Below, one piece after another: positions 36,804 to 46,360 of a stretch of DNA of 64,000 nt (the first letter of the stretch is position 1; every line of letters begins with the position of its first letter). The stretch covers positions 3,390-67,389 of the forward strand of contig JAHILA010000014.1 of assembly GCA_018897295.1 (NCBI GenBank), written 5' to 3'. Source of the stretch: Patescibacteria group bacterium. Its GTDB lineage: Bacteria > Patescibacteriota > Minisyncoccia > RBG-13-40-8-A. A model generated the notes under the pieces. It searched no databases, was not told where the DNA came from, and worked only from the letters and a program-made list of their open reading frames with translations. The translations under genes and the position numbers were made by a program.

Positions 36804-38118
36804 ACCAAAATCATTTTTCAGCGCCAAGGGGGCTGGTCCACCGCTTAGTTTAATGTATATTGCTTCCTTCTTGAAACAAGGTGGCCATCAGGTGATTTTA
36901 AGGGATTTCATGGTCTTTAAGGGAGATATGAAAGAAGAATTAGAAAAATTAATAAAAGAAGAAAATATCAAAATAGCCGGTGTCACTTGTAATTCTCACG
37001 AGCGATTTGAATCTTTTGACGTTATTAAATTGCTTAAAAAAATTGATTCAAATATAATTACTATTTTAGGTGGACCCCATCCAACCATTTGTCCTCAGGA
37101 AACAATTAAAAATTTACCCGAATTGGATATTTTAGTTACAAATGATGGAGAGAATGCAATGAGAGTAATTATTGATTGTTTGAATAGCAAGAAAGATTTT
37201 GAAAATATTGGAGGCATCATTTATAGAACCAGACAAGGCGCGATTAAAGAAAATCACGTTGGTCGTATAGTAGTAAACCTGGACGAATATCCTTTTCCAG
37301 ATTTTAATTTAATCAATATGGATGATTATCAGCTTACGGTACCCATTAAAGGTAAACCTATGTCAGTACCGATAATTAGTAGCCGCGGATGTCCTTTTAA
37401 TTGCGGTTTTTGTGCTGCCAAAGAAACAAATTATGGTCGAATAAGATTTCGTTCTATTGACAATATAATTGAGGAATTAAAAATTTTATTGCCTAAGTTT
37501 CCCGGTTATCATATTTTCATTTATGATGATCATTTTTTAGTAAATAAAGATAGAATATTGGAGTTTTGTCAAAAAGTTAAAAAGGAAAATTTAAAATTTA
37601 AATGGGCCTGTTATGGCAGAGTTGATTCTATAGATGAAGAAATTGTTACAGCAATTAAAGAGGTTGGTTGTGTTATGATTTCTTTTGGTATTGAATCCGG
37701 CAGTAAAAAAATGTTGAAAAAAATGAATAAATTAATTTTACCCAATCAAATTATAAAGGCGGTTAAAATAGTTAAAAAACATGGTATTTCTGCTCGCGGT
37801 TCGTTTATTTTTAATTATCCAGACGAAAATATTTTTGACGTTATAAAAACTTTTTGGTTGATATTTAGATTAAAATTAACTCCTGAAGAATTTGCTATTG
37901 GGCCTTATACGGTATTATATCCAGGCACTCAATTATTTGCTGATTATAAAAATAAATGCTTGCCAGAAAATTTTAATTGGAATAAAAAATATGAAAATTT
38001 GCCTAATTATAAAGAAGTGCCGATTTATCAACCAATATTTTTTTCTTTACGGCTTTGGTTTATTCATTTTTTAAGGAAAATTCATAAAGCTTTTAATATT
38101 TTAAAATCTAAATTATGA
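36784..38118 (+). CDS. B12-binding-domain radical SAM enzyme
   Basis: It has a B12-binding N-domain and SSRGCPFNCGFCAA. Confidence 0.8.
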   Translation: MKILLIKPKSFFSAKGAGPPLSLMYIASFLKQGGHQVILRDFMVFKGDMKEELEKLIKEENIKIAGVTCNSHERFESFDVIKLLKKIDSNIITILGGPHPTICPQETIKNLPELDILVTNDGENAMRVIIDCLNSKKDFENIGGIIYRTRQGAIKENHVGRIVVNLDEYPFPDFNLINMDDYQLTVPIKGKPMSVPIISSRGCPFNCGFCAAKETNYGRIRFRSIDNIIEELKILLPKFPGYHIFIYDDHFLVNKDRILEFCQKVKKENLKFKWACYGRVDSIDEEIVTAIKEVGCVMISFGIESGSKKMLKKMNKLILPNQIIKAVKIVKKHGISARGSFIFNYPDENIFDVIKTFWLIFRLKLTPEEFAIGPYTVLYPGTQLFADYKNKCLPENFNWNKKYENLPNYKEVPIYQPIFFSLRLWFIHFLRKIHKAFNILKSKL

Positions 38119-39188
38119 CAGTTTGTTTTTTTGGCACATATGAACAAAGTTTTTCCCGAAACGCCGTTTTGATTAAGGGATTAAAAGAAAACGGAGTAGA
38201 GATTATTGAATGTTGTTCCAGATTTTTAGGCTGGAAGAAATTTCCTATTCTTGTTTTCAGGTTAATAAAAAAACATCGGCAAATTAAAGATAAATATGAT
38301 TGTATAGTAGTTGGCTTTCCAGGTCATTACATTATGTTTTTGGCAAAGATTTTAAGCAAAAAACCAGTTATTTTTGATGTTTTTGCTTCTAAATACATTA
38401 CTGAAATTGAAAGGAAAAAACTAGGTACAAATTCTTTAAAAGCCAAATTTTATTATTTTGCTGATTGGTTTTCCTGTAAATTAGCCGATAAGATTTTATT
38501 AGATACAGAAGAACATATTAAATATTTTGTTAAAACTTTTAAATTGCCAAGGAATAAATTCGAAAGAATTTTTGTTGGGACGATTGAGGATGTTTTTTGT
38601 CCTCGACCTCAAATTTATCATGAATGTTTTACGATTCTTTTTTATGCCAAGGTTACTCCAATGCATGGTTTCGAGCATATTATCAATGCGGCAAAAATTT
38701 TAGAAAAAGAAAAAGATATTTGTTTTGAAATAATCGGCAAAGGAAAACTATATGAAGATAAGATAAAAAATTTAGATAATTTAACCAATATTAAATTAAT
38801 TGATCAAATAGCCTATGAGGAATTGCCAAAACATATTCAAGAGGCCGATGTGTGTTTGGGAATTTTTGGTGGAACTCAAAAAGCGATGCTTGTTATTCCC
38901 AATAAAGTATATGAGTCAATGGCCATGGGGAAGCCATTTATTACGGGAGATTCTCGTGCCGTGCGCGAATTGTTGATAAATAAAGAGAGCGTTCTTTTTT
39001 GTAGAATGGCCGATTCGAATGATTTAGCCGACAAAATTATTGAATTAAAACACGAAGAGGCAATGAGAAAGAAAATTTCTTATGGCGCCAGAAAGGTTTT
39101 TGAAGAACGGGCAAGTTCTGTTGTTATTGGAAAACAATTAAAAGAGATTTTATTTTTAATGGTAGACAAAAATGAAAGAAAAAATTAA
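38115..39188 (+). CDS. Glycosyltransferase, GT-B fold (GT4/GT1-like)
   Basis: An E..MAMGKPFITGDSRAVRELL C-terminal motif is present and the N-terminal half has an acceptor-binding Rossmann fold. Confidence 0.6.
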   Translation: MTVCFFGTYEQSFSRNAVLIKGLKENGVEIIECCSRFLGWKKFPILVFRLIKKHRQIKDKYDCIVVGFPGHYIMFLAKILSKKPVIFDVFASKYITEIERKKLGTNSLKAKFYYFADWFSCKLADKILLDTEEHIKYFVKTFKLPRNKFERIFVGTIEDVFCPRPQIYHECFTILFYAKVTPMHGFEHIINAAKILEKEKDICFEIIGKGKLYEDKIKNLDNLTNIKLIDQIAYEELPKHIQEADVCLGIFGGTQKAMLVIPNKVYESMAMGKPFITGDSRAVRELLINKESVLFCRMADSNDLADKIIELKHEEAMRKKISYGARKVFEERASSVVIGKQLKEILFLMVDKNERKN

Positions 39189-39807
39189 AAAAATAATTCC
39201 TAATTTTTATACTAAGGCCAGGAAAACTTATTTTGGTAAAAACTCAAATTCTCTTAGAAGATTTTCTACTTATTGGTATTTGAAACTGAAATACAGTTTG
39301 TTTTCTATAGAAGAGAAAAATATTAAACTGCACCTGGGTTGCGGTCGTCAAAAAAAGGATGGATTTATAAATATTGATTACAATAAAACAAAGATAACCG
39401 ATTATGTATTAAATGTAATTAATTTGCCGTTCCCCCCTGGATCAATTGAGCGAATAGAATGTTATCACTTAATAGAACATTTTTCGATAAAAGAAATTCC
39501 TTATGTTTTTTCAAATTGGTATAAAATTTTAAAACCAGGGGGAGAGTTGGTTATGGAGTTTCCGGATTTTGATAAAAATATAGAAGCATATTTAAAAGAA
39601 GGGGACGAAAAAAGATTATTTAACATTTTTGGCGCCCAAAGATTTTTAGGCGATGTTCATCTTTGGGGCTGGAATTATGAACGTATAAAAACAGAATTAG
39701 AAAAGTACGGTTTTATAGGGATTAAACAAGAAGAACCTAGGGATTACCATATAAAAGAGGAAGATTGTATTAGGGTTGTGGCATGTAAAATAAAACAGAA
39801 AATATGA
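39172..39807 (+). CDS. Class I SAM-dependent methyltransferase (Methyltransf_11/23-like)
   Basis: LHLGCGRQKKDGFINID and ILKPGGELVMEFPD motifs are present. Confidence 0.7.
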   Translation: MKEKIKKIIPNFYTKARKTYFGKNSNSLRRFSTYWYLKLKYSLFSIEEKNIKLHLGCGRQKKDGFINIDYNKTKITDYVLNVINLPFPPGSIERIECYHLIEHFSIKEIPYVFSNWYKILKPGGELVMEFPDFDKNIEAYLKEGDEKRLFNIFGAQRFLGDVHLWGWNYERIKTELEKYGFIGIKQEEPRDYHIKEEDCIRVVACKIKQKI

Positions 39808-41285
39808 AAAAAACAATTTTACTTTTTATGCCTAATCCTTCTGAAGACAGGAAAAGAGAAACCCCGTTGAATCTAATAGCAATTTCTGTGTTTTTAGAAA
39901 AGGAGGGATATGATATTAAAATCTTTCATTCTTTTGATAAGAATCAGGCATTGATGTACGCAGACAAAGCGCTTTGTGTCGGCATAACAGCTATGACGGG
40001 TTATCAAATTTATGACGGATTACAATTCGCCAAATTGGTAAGAGAAAAAAATCCAAACGTGCCTATTGTTTGGGGAGGAATCCATCCTACAATTAAGCCC
40101 ATTCAAACGGTTGAACATCCATTGGTGGATATCGTGGTCAAGGGACAGGGAGAAGATACTTTTACTGAGCTTGTCCATAGATTAAACAACAATGAGAGTT
40201 ATGACGATATTCGAGGGATAACTTTTAAAAAAGACGGGAAAATAATCGATAATCCGACAAGGCCATTTAAAAGTATAAATGATTATCCTTTATTCCCATA
40301 CCATGTTTTGGGCGATAGTATTGAACAATATATTAGGAAAAATAATTATGCCAGCAGAAGTTTGGTTTATATCACCAGCTCGGGATGTGTTTTTAATTGT
40401 GCTTTTTGTTATTTGTCTAATCCTGCTTTTAGCAGGAAATGGGATGCTTATCCGGCCGAAAGAGTAGTTGACGAATTAGAGTATTTAGTTAAAACCTACA
40501 ATATTGATGGTGTAGAAATTAGAGATTCTAATTTTTTCGTAAATAAGCAGAGGGTTTTGGATATCTGTTCTGGATTATTGGAACGCAATATACATTTAAG
40601 CTTTTCTACGGTTAATGGCAGGGCAGACCAATTAGCCGGATATACTGATGATGAATGGAAGCTTTTGCGAAAGGCAGGAATCAGAGAACTTTTAATCGGT
40701 GCTGAATCAGGAGACAAAGAAACGCTAAATTTAATTAATAAGCAACTTTCAATAGACATGGCGATAGAATGCAATAGAAAAGCCCGAAAATATGATATTG
40801 ATATCCTAAATTCATTTATGACCAGTTTTCCCACAATACCACCAAAAAAAGAACTAAATAACACGTTTGAACTAATCTGTAGGATTTTTAAAGTCAATCC
40901 TCTTGCCAAAACTTTCTTATTTTTTTACACCCCCTATCCTGGCACTTCTTTGTATGAGTTAGCTCTTCAACAAGGATTTAAAGAACCAAAAAACCTGGAA
41001 GAATGGGGTGGGTTTGGACTAACTAGCGTAACCACTCCATGGACAAGCAAGTCTCACATTGGGAAAGTCCTATTATTAAAAGATTTATTTGTTTTAAAAA
41101 GGATTATTAGCGAAAACCATCTTAAACTTAAAAAAAGTTGGAAACATTTATTGTTAAAAAAAATGGGCATATACGCATTATTAAATTGGTGGATTGATTT
41201 AAGATTTAAATATAAATTTTATTTTTTTCCAATTGAGCGTATTTTATCTTTTTATCAAAACCGAAAGACACGAGAAGAGAAATAG
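39804..41285 (+). CDS. B12-binding-domain radical SAM enzyme
   Basis: It has a B12-binding N-domain and SSGCVFNCAFCYL. Confidence 0.8.
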   Translation: MKKTILLFMPNPSEDRKRETPLNLIAISVFLEKEGYDIKIFHSFDKNQALMYADKALCVGITAMTGYQIYDGLQFAKLVREKNPNVPIVWGGIHPTIKPIQTVEHPLVDIVVKGQGEDTFTELVHRLNNNESYDDIRGITFKKDGKIIDNPTRPFKSINDYPLFPYHVLGDSIEQYIRKNNYASRSLVYITSSGCVFNCAFCYLSNPAFSRKWDAYPAERVVDELEYLVKTYNIDGVEIRDSNFFVNKQRVLDICSGLLERNIHLSFSTVNGRADQLAGYTDDEWKLLRKAGIRELLIGAESGDKETLNLINKQLSIDMAIECNRKARKYDIDILNSFMTSFPTIPPKKELNNTFELICRIFKVNPLAKTFLFFYTPYPGTSLYELALQQGFKEPKNLEEWGGFGLTSVTTPWTSKSHIGKVLLLKDLFVLKRIISENHLKLKKSWKHLLLKKMGIYALLNWWIDLRFKYKFYFFPIERILSFYQNRKTREEK

Positions 41286-41321
41286 CATAATAAAGATTTT
41301 AAAATCAGGAATAAAATTATC

Positions 41322-41738
41322 GTGGCCATTGCATCAAATACGAAAAAGGATTATATTATAAATATAATGTACAAAAATATATTATTGACCATATTAGTAG
41401 CATTATTTACGATATTTAGTCAGACATTTTTAAAAAAAGGTCTTAAAATAATCGGCGAATTAAAAATAGCTGGTTTTCATGATTTGGGTGTAATTATTTT
41501 AAAATTAATTCAGAACAAGTTTATCATTATTGGTGTACTTATTGCGGCTGGCGGCGCTTTTTTATGGTTGATGGTTATTTCAAAAATGGATCTCACCACA
41601 GCTTTTCCTATAAGTGGAGCTATATTTTTTGTTTTGCTTTTTTTATTCTCCTGGATTTTTCTAGGAGAAACAATAACGGTTGTTAAAGTTTTGGGCGTTC
41701 TTTTAATACTTTCAGGTGCCTACATAATTTTTAAATAA
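41322..41738 (+). CDS. Small 4-TM DMT/SMR-like membrane protein (ArnE/ArnF-like). It may be a flippase subunit for polyprenyl-phosphate sugars.
   Basis: About 120-138 aa with four predicted TM helices and an EamA/SMR-like pattern. The true start may be an internal Met near 41367. Confidence 0.4.
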   Translation: MAIASNTKKDYIINIMYKNILLTILVALFTIFSQTFLKKGLKIIGELKIAGFHDLGVIILKLIQNKFIIIGVLIAAGGAFLWLMVISKMDLTTAFPISGAIFFVLLFLFSWIFLGETITVVKVLGVLLILSGAYIIFK

Positions 41739-42758
41739 ATGAATCCTCTTATTTCAATAATTATTTTGAATTATAACGGCATGCGTTTTTTAGCCACCTG
41801 CCTGAATTCTCTCAGGAAGCAGATTTATAAAAATTTTGAGATTATCCTGATAGACAATGGATCTACGGATGGATCTGTGGAATTTGTAAAAAGTAATTTC
41901 TCTGAAATAAAAATTATAAAAAATAAAGAAAACCCTGGCTTTGCAGAGGCAAATAATCAAGGGATTAAAGTATCCAAAGGAGAATTTATAGTGACGCTTA
42001 ATAATGATACAATGACAGATAAGAATTGGTTAGAGAATTTGGTCGAGGTGGCTCAAAAAGATAGAAAGATTGGTATGTGTGCTTCCAAAATACTGTTGAT
42101 GAGTGGCCAGAATGAGATTGATTCGGTGGGTGTGAATGTTTGCCTTGATGGGATGACGCGTCAAAGAGGCAGAGGTGAGATTGATAAGGGGCAATATGAT
42201 AGAATTGAAGAGGTGATGTTTCCGAGCGCCTGCGCCGCTTTATACAAACGGGAAATGATTGAAGAAATTGGTCTTTTTGATGAATTATTTTTTGCTTATT
42301 GTGAAGATTCTGATTTGGGTTTAAGGGGTAGGTTGGCGGGCTGGAAAGCGGTTCTATCGCCGAATGCAATTGTATACCACTATTATTCGGGCACCGCTGG
42401 CAAGTATTCGTCCTTTAAAGCCTACCTTGTTGAGAGGAATCATATTTGGCTAGTCGTGAAAAATTTTCCATTAGAACTTCTATTTCTTTTCCCGTTTTTT
42501 ACTTTGTTCAGATTTATTTTGCAATTTTATGCGGTTTTGGCCAAAAGGGGAGCATCGTTTCAATTTGTGAAACAGGGTTCAGTTTTCACTACCGTGGGAA
42601 CGATATTCAAGGCTTATTTTAACGCTTTTAAAAAATTACCGCTATTTATAAAGAAAAGGAGAATCATTCAAAGAAATAAAAAATTATCACGGTATGAATT
42701 TTATCCGCTTTTGCGCAAATATCGGCTAAGCTTTAAAGAATTAACTTTCAAAAAATAA
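41739..42758 (+). CDS. Glycosyltransferase family 2
   Basis: A SIIILNYNG...LIDNGSTDGS pattern and a DxD region are present. Confidence 0.8.
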   Translation: MNPLISIIILNYNGMRFLATCLNSLRKQIYKNFEIILIDNGSTDGSVEFVKSNFSEIKIIKNKENPGFAEANNQGIKVSKGEFIVTLNNDTMTDKNWLENLVEVAQKDRKIGMCASKILLMSGQNEIDSVGVNVCLDGMTRQRGRGEIDKGQYDRIEEVMFPSACAALYKREMIEEIGLFDELFFAYCEDSDLGLRGRLAGWKAVLSPNAIVYHYYSGTAGKYSSFKAYLVERNHIWLVVKNFPLELLFLFPFFTLFRFILQFYAVLAKRGASFQFVKQGSVFTTVGTIFKAYFNAFKKLPLFIKKRRIIQRNKKLSRYEFYPLLRKYRLSFKELTFKK

Positions 42759-42762
42759 AGAT

Positions 42763-43641
42763 ATGGTTTCTATTTTCGAAAAATTAAAACCAGATGTTAT
42801 TGTTTGCCCGTTTTGCAAAGAGTTGCTTATAAAGAAGGAAAAATTTTTATTCTGCTTAAAATGTAATAAAGAATATCCAATAATAAATAACGTTCCATAT
42901 TTTTTGATTGAATCCAACAAGTCAGAATATTCTTTGTCTAGTAGAAATTTTGAATTCCGAAGTCGTATTAGGAATTCGAGAATTTTTAAAATATTGAAAT
43001 ATATTTTTGGAGCTGATTTTGTACCCTATGATCCTTTGAAAAAATTTCATAGTATTTTTTTGGGCACAAAAGATGACAGATTTATTGTGCTGAATTTAGG
43101 ATCCGGCTCGAAAAATTACGGAAGGAGGGTTGTAAATCTTGACGTTGAGGCATTTCCTAATATTGATATTGTGGCAGATGGTTGTTGTCTTCCTTTTGCC
43201 GCTGATACCTTTGATGCGGTTATAGCCGAGGCAGTTATTGAGCATGTGAAGTATCCCGATAAATTTACCGCCGAAATTAAAAGGGTTTTGAAAAAAGGCG
43301 GGGCGATTTTTATTGTAGCGCCATTTGTTCATCCATTTCACAGTTACCCGAATGATTATCAAAGATATAGCATTGAAGGATTAAGAGTTCTTTTTGAAGA
43401 TTTTAAAGAGATAGAAAGCGGAGTTTATCGAGGTCCCAGCGTTGCATTTATTGGCATTTTCAGCGATTATCTTGCTGGAATATTTTCATTTTTGTGCCAT
43501 CCCATTCATCTTCTCATGAAGTCGATTTTTACTATTTTAATATTCCCAATAAAATTTTTAGACATCATTTTGGCTAAAGGCAAAAAAAGCTACATACTGG
43601 CGCACTCGGTATATTATATTGGAAAAAAGGTAAATGAATAA
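42763..43641 (+). CDS. Class I SAM-dependent methyltransferase with an N-terminal Trm112-like zinc ribbon
   Basis: It has CPFC...CLKC followed by VLNLGSGSKNYG and VLKKGGAIFIVAP. Confidence 0.65.
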   Translation: MVSIFEKLKPDVIVCPFCKELLIKKEKFLFCLKCNKEYPIINNVPYFLIESNKSEYSLSSRNFEFRSRIRNSRIFKILKYIFGADFVPYDPLKKFHSIFLGTKDDRFIVLNLGSGSKNYGRRVVNLDVEAFPNIDIVADGCCLPFAADTFDAVIAEAVIEHVKYPDKFTAEIKRVLKKGGAIFIVAPFVHPFHSYPNDYQRYSIEGLRVLFEDFKEIESGVYRGPSVAFIGIFSDYLAGIFSFLCHPIHLLMKSIFTILIFPIKFLDIILAKGKKSYILAHSVYYIGKKVNE

Positions 43642-43643
43642 CA

Positions 43644-45731
43644 ATGAAAATATTTAACTTATTGTTTGAATCTAGGATAAAACAAATAAATTCGCATCTC
43701 TTAGTTGATAAACCTTTATTTTTAATTAAGACAGCTTATCGCTATTTTTTAAAATTTGTTTTTAAGAAAGATTTACTCAGAGGGGCGGTTTTCGCATCTT
43801 CCTACCAATGCAATTTTCATTGTTCGCATTGTTACGCATTGAAATTCAGGAACGCCGGGATTAAAGAGCCGGAGTTTTATGAAAAAGCAGCAATAATCAA
43901 GGAATGTCTTAAGGCTGGCGTGATGGCATTTGATTTTGTGGGTGGAGAAATAGGAATAACGCCAGATTTTATAAATTTACTGAAAATTTGTAGGCCGAAG
44001 AGAACTTTTATTTCTTTGGCATCCAACGCCTTTGCCCTTACGAAAGAAAAAGTGAAGGATTTTAAAAAAGCCGGCGTTGATCAGATCAGTATATCAATAG
44101 ACGGCGGGACAGAACAAGAGCACGATGAATTCAGGAGACAGCCCGGATCGTTTAGAAAATGCTTCGAAGCTCTTGATATAATAAGAGAAGAAGGAATGAA
44201 CCCGGTTATTATTACTTGTGTTGCTCGGAGCGGTACAAGAAAAAAACCCTTTCGTGATTTAGTTGATTATGCCATTAAAACGCGAACGCAATTGATTTTT
44301 ACGCCTCTAATTCCATTTGGCGAGTTGGAAGGTAATTTAGACATTCTTTGTGACGAAGAAGATCTTGATTACATGAAAGAAATGCATAAAAAATACCCTT
44401 TTTTAACGAGAGATAACTATGAAAATATGGGAGAGATAGGTTGTCCGGGAGCTAAGCAGGTTATCTATGTATCTGAATATGGCGACGTGATGCCCTGTCC
44501 TTTCTTACATATCTCTTTTGGCAATATAATGACCGAATCCCTCGTTGATATTAGAGAACAAATGCTAAAGTTGCCGGAATTAAAACGATACAATCCTCGG
44601 TGTTTGGCCGGCGAGGAAACTTCATTTATTAAGAATCATTTGGCAAAACTTGCAAATATCGATAGTTATCCGATAACGGCAGAAAAAGTTTTTTCTGAAA
44701 ATAAGGATCTTTTTAGAGCCAAATCTTTTCATAAAAATATTGCAAAAATAGACCGTCCATGTCCTTTATGCGGTTCCTGGGAAAGAGAAGTAATTTCTAG
44801 TGGACGCGAACATGAATTTAAAGATACAACTCAAGACCTTTTTTTTGTAGTGAAATGTAAAAATTGCGATTTAGTCTATCTTAATCCAAGGCCAGATAAA
44901 AAAGAATTAGACATAATTTATCCAAAAAATTATTGTTGTCACAATGAACAGTATTCGGAAATAAATACAAAAAGAAATTTTTTAGTGCGCCTCAAGAATT
45001 ATTTAAATCATTGTCTGGGATTTCCGAGTAGAATCAGGCAAGTTTTAAAACTTATTCCGAAACAAAGTCAAATAAAAATTCTTGATGTTGGTTGCGGTAG
45101 CGGGGGAGCATTAGATGTTTTTAGGGAGAGTTGTCGGGGAGCACTAACGACCGGAATTGATTTCGATGAAAGGGCAATTAATATTACAGCGGCGAAGGGT
45201 CATTCTGTAATAAAGGCGAAAATTGAGGATGTCGAACTAGCGAAGGAAAATTTTGACATAATTTATTCAAGTAATGTCATTGAGCATGTTTCGGATCCCT
45301 TTCAAATGTTTCAAAAAGTAGCCTTTGCCCTCAAACCTTCAGGAATTTTTTTCTGCGAGACCCCGGACTTTGATTCCGTCGATTCCAAATTATTTGCCAA
45401 ATCTGGCCACTGGGGTGGATTCCATTTTCCGAGGCACTGGACTTTTTTTACGCCTAAGACTTTGGAAAAAATAGCGGATAAAGCCGGCTTGAAGTTGGAA
45501 AAAATTAAACATAGTCCGGTCCCAATTTTTTGGATATGGTCTATGCACTCGCTTTTATATCGGGGGCTGAATCGAAAAAAGCTTGCTGATAGACTATTCC
45601 CCCTAATAGAAAACAGGCAGAATTTTTTTATTTCTTTTTTGAATAAAATTATTTTCACGCTTATTGATATTATATTAGAAAAAACGGTTGGTCGAACAGG
45701 GGTAATGTGTGTTGTTTTTCGAAAAAAATAA
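43644..45731 (+). CDS. Fusion protein: radical SAM (CNFHCSHC) with a SPASM-like auxiliary cluster region, a zinc ribbon and a class I SAM methyltransferase
   Basis: An N-terminal CxxxCxxC is followed by a Cys-rich GCPGAK...PCPFLH segment. The C-terminal part has CPLCG...KCKNC and ILDVGCGSGGALDVF. Confidence 0.65.
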   Translation: MKIFNLLFESRIKQINSHLLVDKPLFLIKTAYRYFLKFVFKKDLLRGAVFASSYQCNFHCSHCYALKFRNAGIKEPEFYEKAAIIKECLKAGVMAFDFVGGEIGITPDFINLLKICRPKRTFISLASNAFALTKEKVKDFKKAGVDQISISIDGGTEQEHDEFRRQPGSFRKCFEALDIIREEGMNPVIITCVARSGTRKKPFRDLVDYAIKTRTQLIFTPLIPFGELEGNLDILCDEEDLDYMKEMHKKYPFLTRDNYENMGEIGCPGAKQVIYVSEYGDVMPCPFLHISFGNIMTESLVDIREQMLKLPELKRYNPRCLAGEETSFIKNHLAKLANIDSYPITAEKVFSENKDLFRAKSFHKNIAKIDRPCPLCGSWEREVISSGREHEFKDTTQDLFFVVKCKNCDLVYLNPRPDKKELDIIYPKNYCCHNEQYSEINTKRNFLVRLKNYLNHCLGFPSRIRQVLKLIPKQSQIKILDVGCGSGGALDVFRESCRGALTTGIDFDERAINITAAKGHSVIKAKIEDVELAKENFDIIYSSNVIEHVSDPFQMFQKVAFALKPSGIFFCETPDFDSVDSKLFAKSGHWGGFHFPRHWTFFTPKTLEKIADKAGLKLEKIKHSPVPIFWIWSMHSLLYRGLNRKKLADRLFPLIENRQNFFISFLNKIIFTLIDIILEKTVGRTGVMCVVFRKK

Positions 45732-46360
45732 TGCCTATCGATTATAAAAAAACTTCATCGCTTCTTTATCAAAGAGACCAATACCGAAAAGGTGGCATTG
45801 GTCGTTGGTATTGGGATTGGCGTGATAAAAAAATACTCGATTTTATTAAAAAAAAACATCAGGATATTTTGGATATCGGTTGCGGTGAAGGTATCACGCT
45901 TGAGAAATTAGTAAACAAATACAAAGATAAAAATATTTTAGGCGTTGATGTAATTGTTGAGAATGTTGATATCTGCAAAAAATACAACCTACCAGTCGTT
46001 CTGGGCGACGTTTATGGTTTAAAAATAAAAGAAGAATCGATTGACCTGTGTATCCTTTCAGAGGTGATTGAACATTTGGACAACGTAGGTTTGGCGCTCG
46101 AAAATATAAAGAGGATTTTGAGACCCGGCGGAGATTTAATCATCGTGTTTCCCAATGACACTTTTTTTAAAATAGCCAGAATACTTTTTTTAAAATTCAA
46201 AGAAGCATTTGCCGATTACGGCCATATTAATCATTTTTCGCCATGGAGTATCGAAAAGATTTTGAGTAGGGCGGGTTTCGAGATTATCAAAATCAAAAAT
46301 ACTCCGTTTGGGTTTTGGATTTTAAGTTTGCATTGCTTAGTCTTAGCGAGGAAAAAATGA
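45731..46360 (+). CDS. Class I SAM-dependent methyltransferase
   Basis: An ILDIGCGEGITLEKL motif is present. Start is probably the ATG overlapping the upstream stop (TAATG); the track ORF begins at 45707. Confidence 0.7.
   Translation: MPIDYKKTSSLLYQRDQYRKGGIGRWYWDWRDKKILDFIKKKHQDILDIGCGEGITLEKLVNKYKDKNILGVDVIVENVDICKKYNLPVVLGDVYGLKIKEESIDLCILSEVIEHLDNVGLALENIKRILRPGGDLIIVFPNDTFFKIARILFLKFKEAFADYGHINHFSPWSIEKILSRAGFEIIKIKNTPFGFWILSLHCLVLARKK

Noticed and set aside
37892-38074. Internal + strand ORFs inside radical SAM genes (37892-38074 and 40279-40467)
   Set aside because: They are out-of-frame segments within well-supported CDSs. They have no independent signals.
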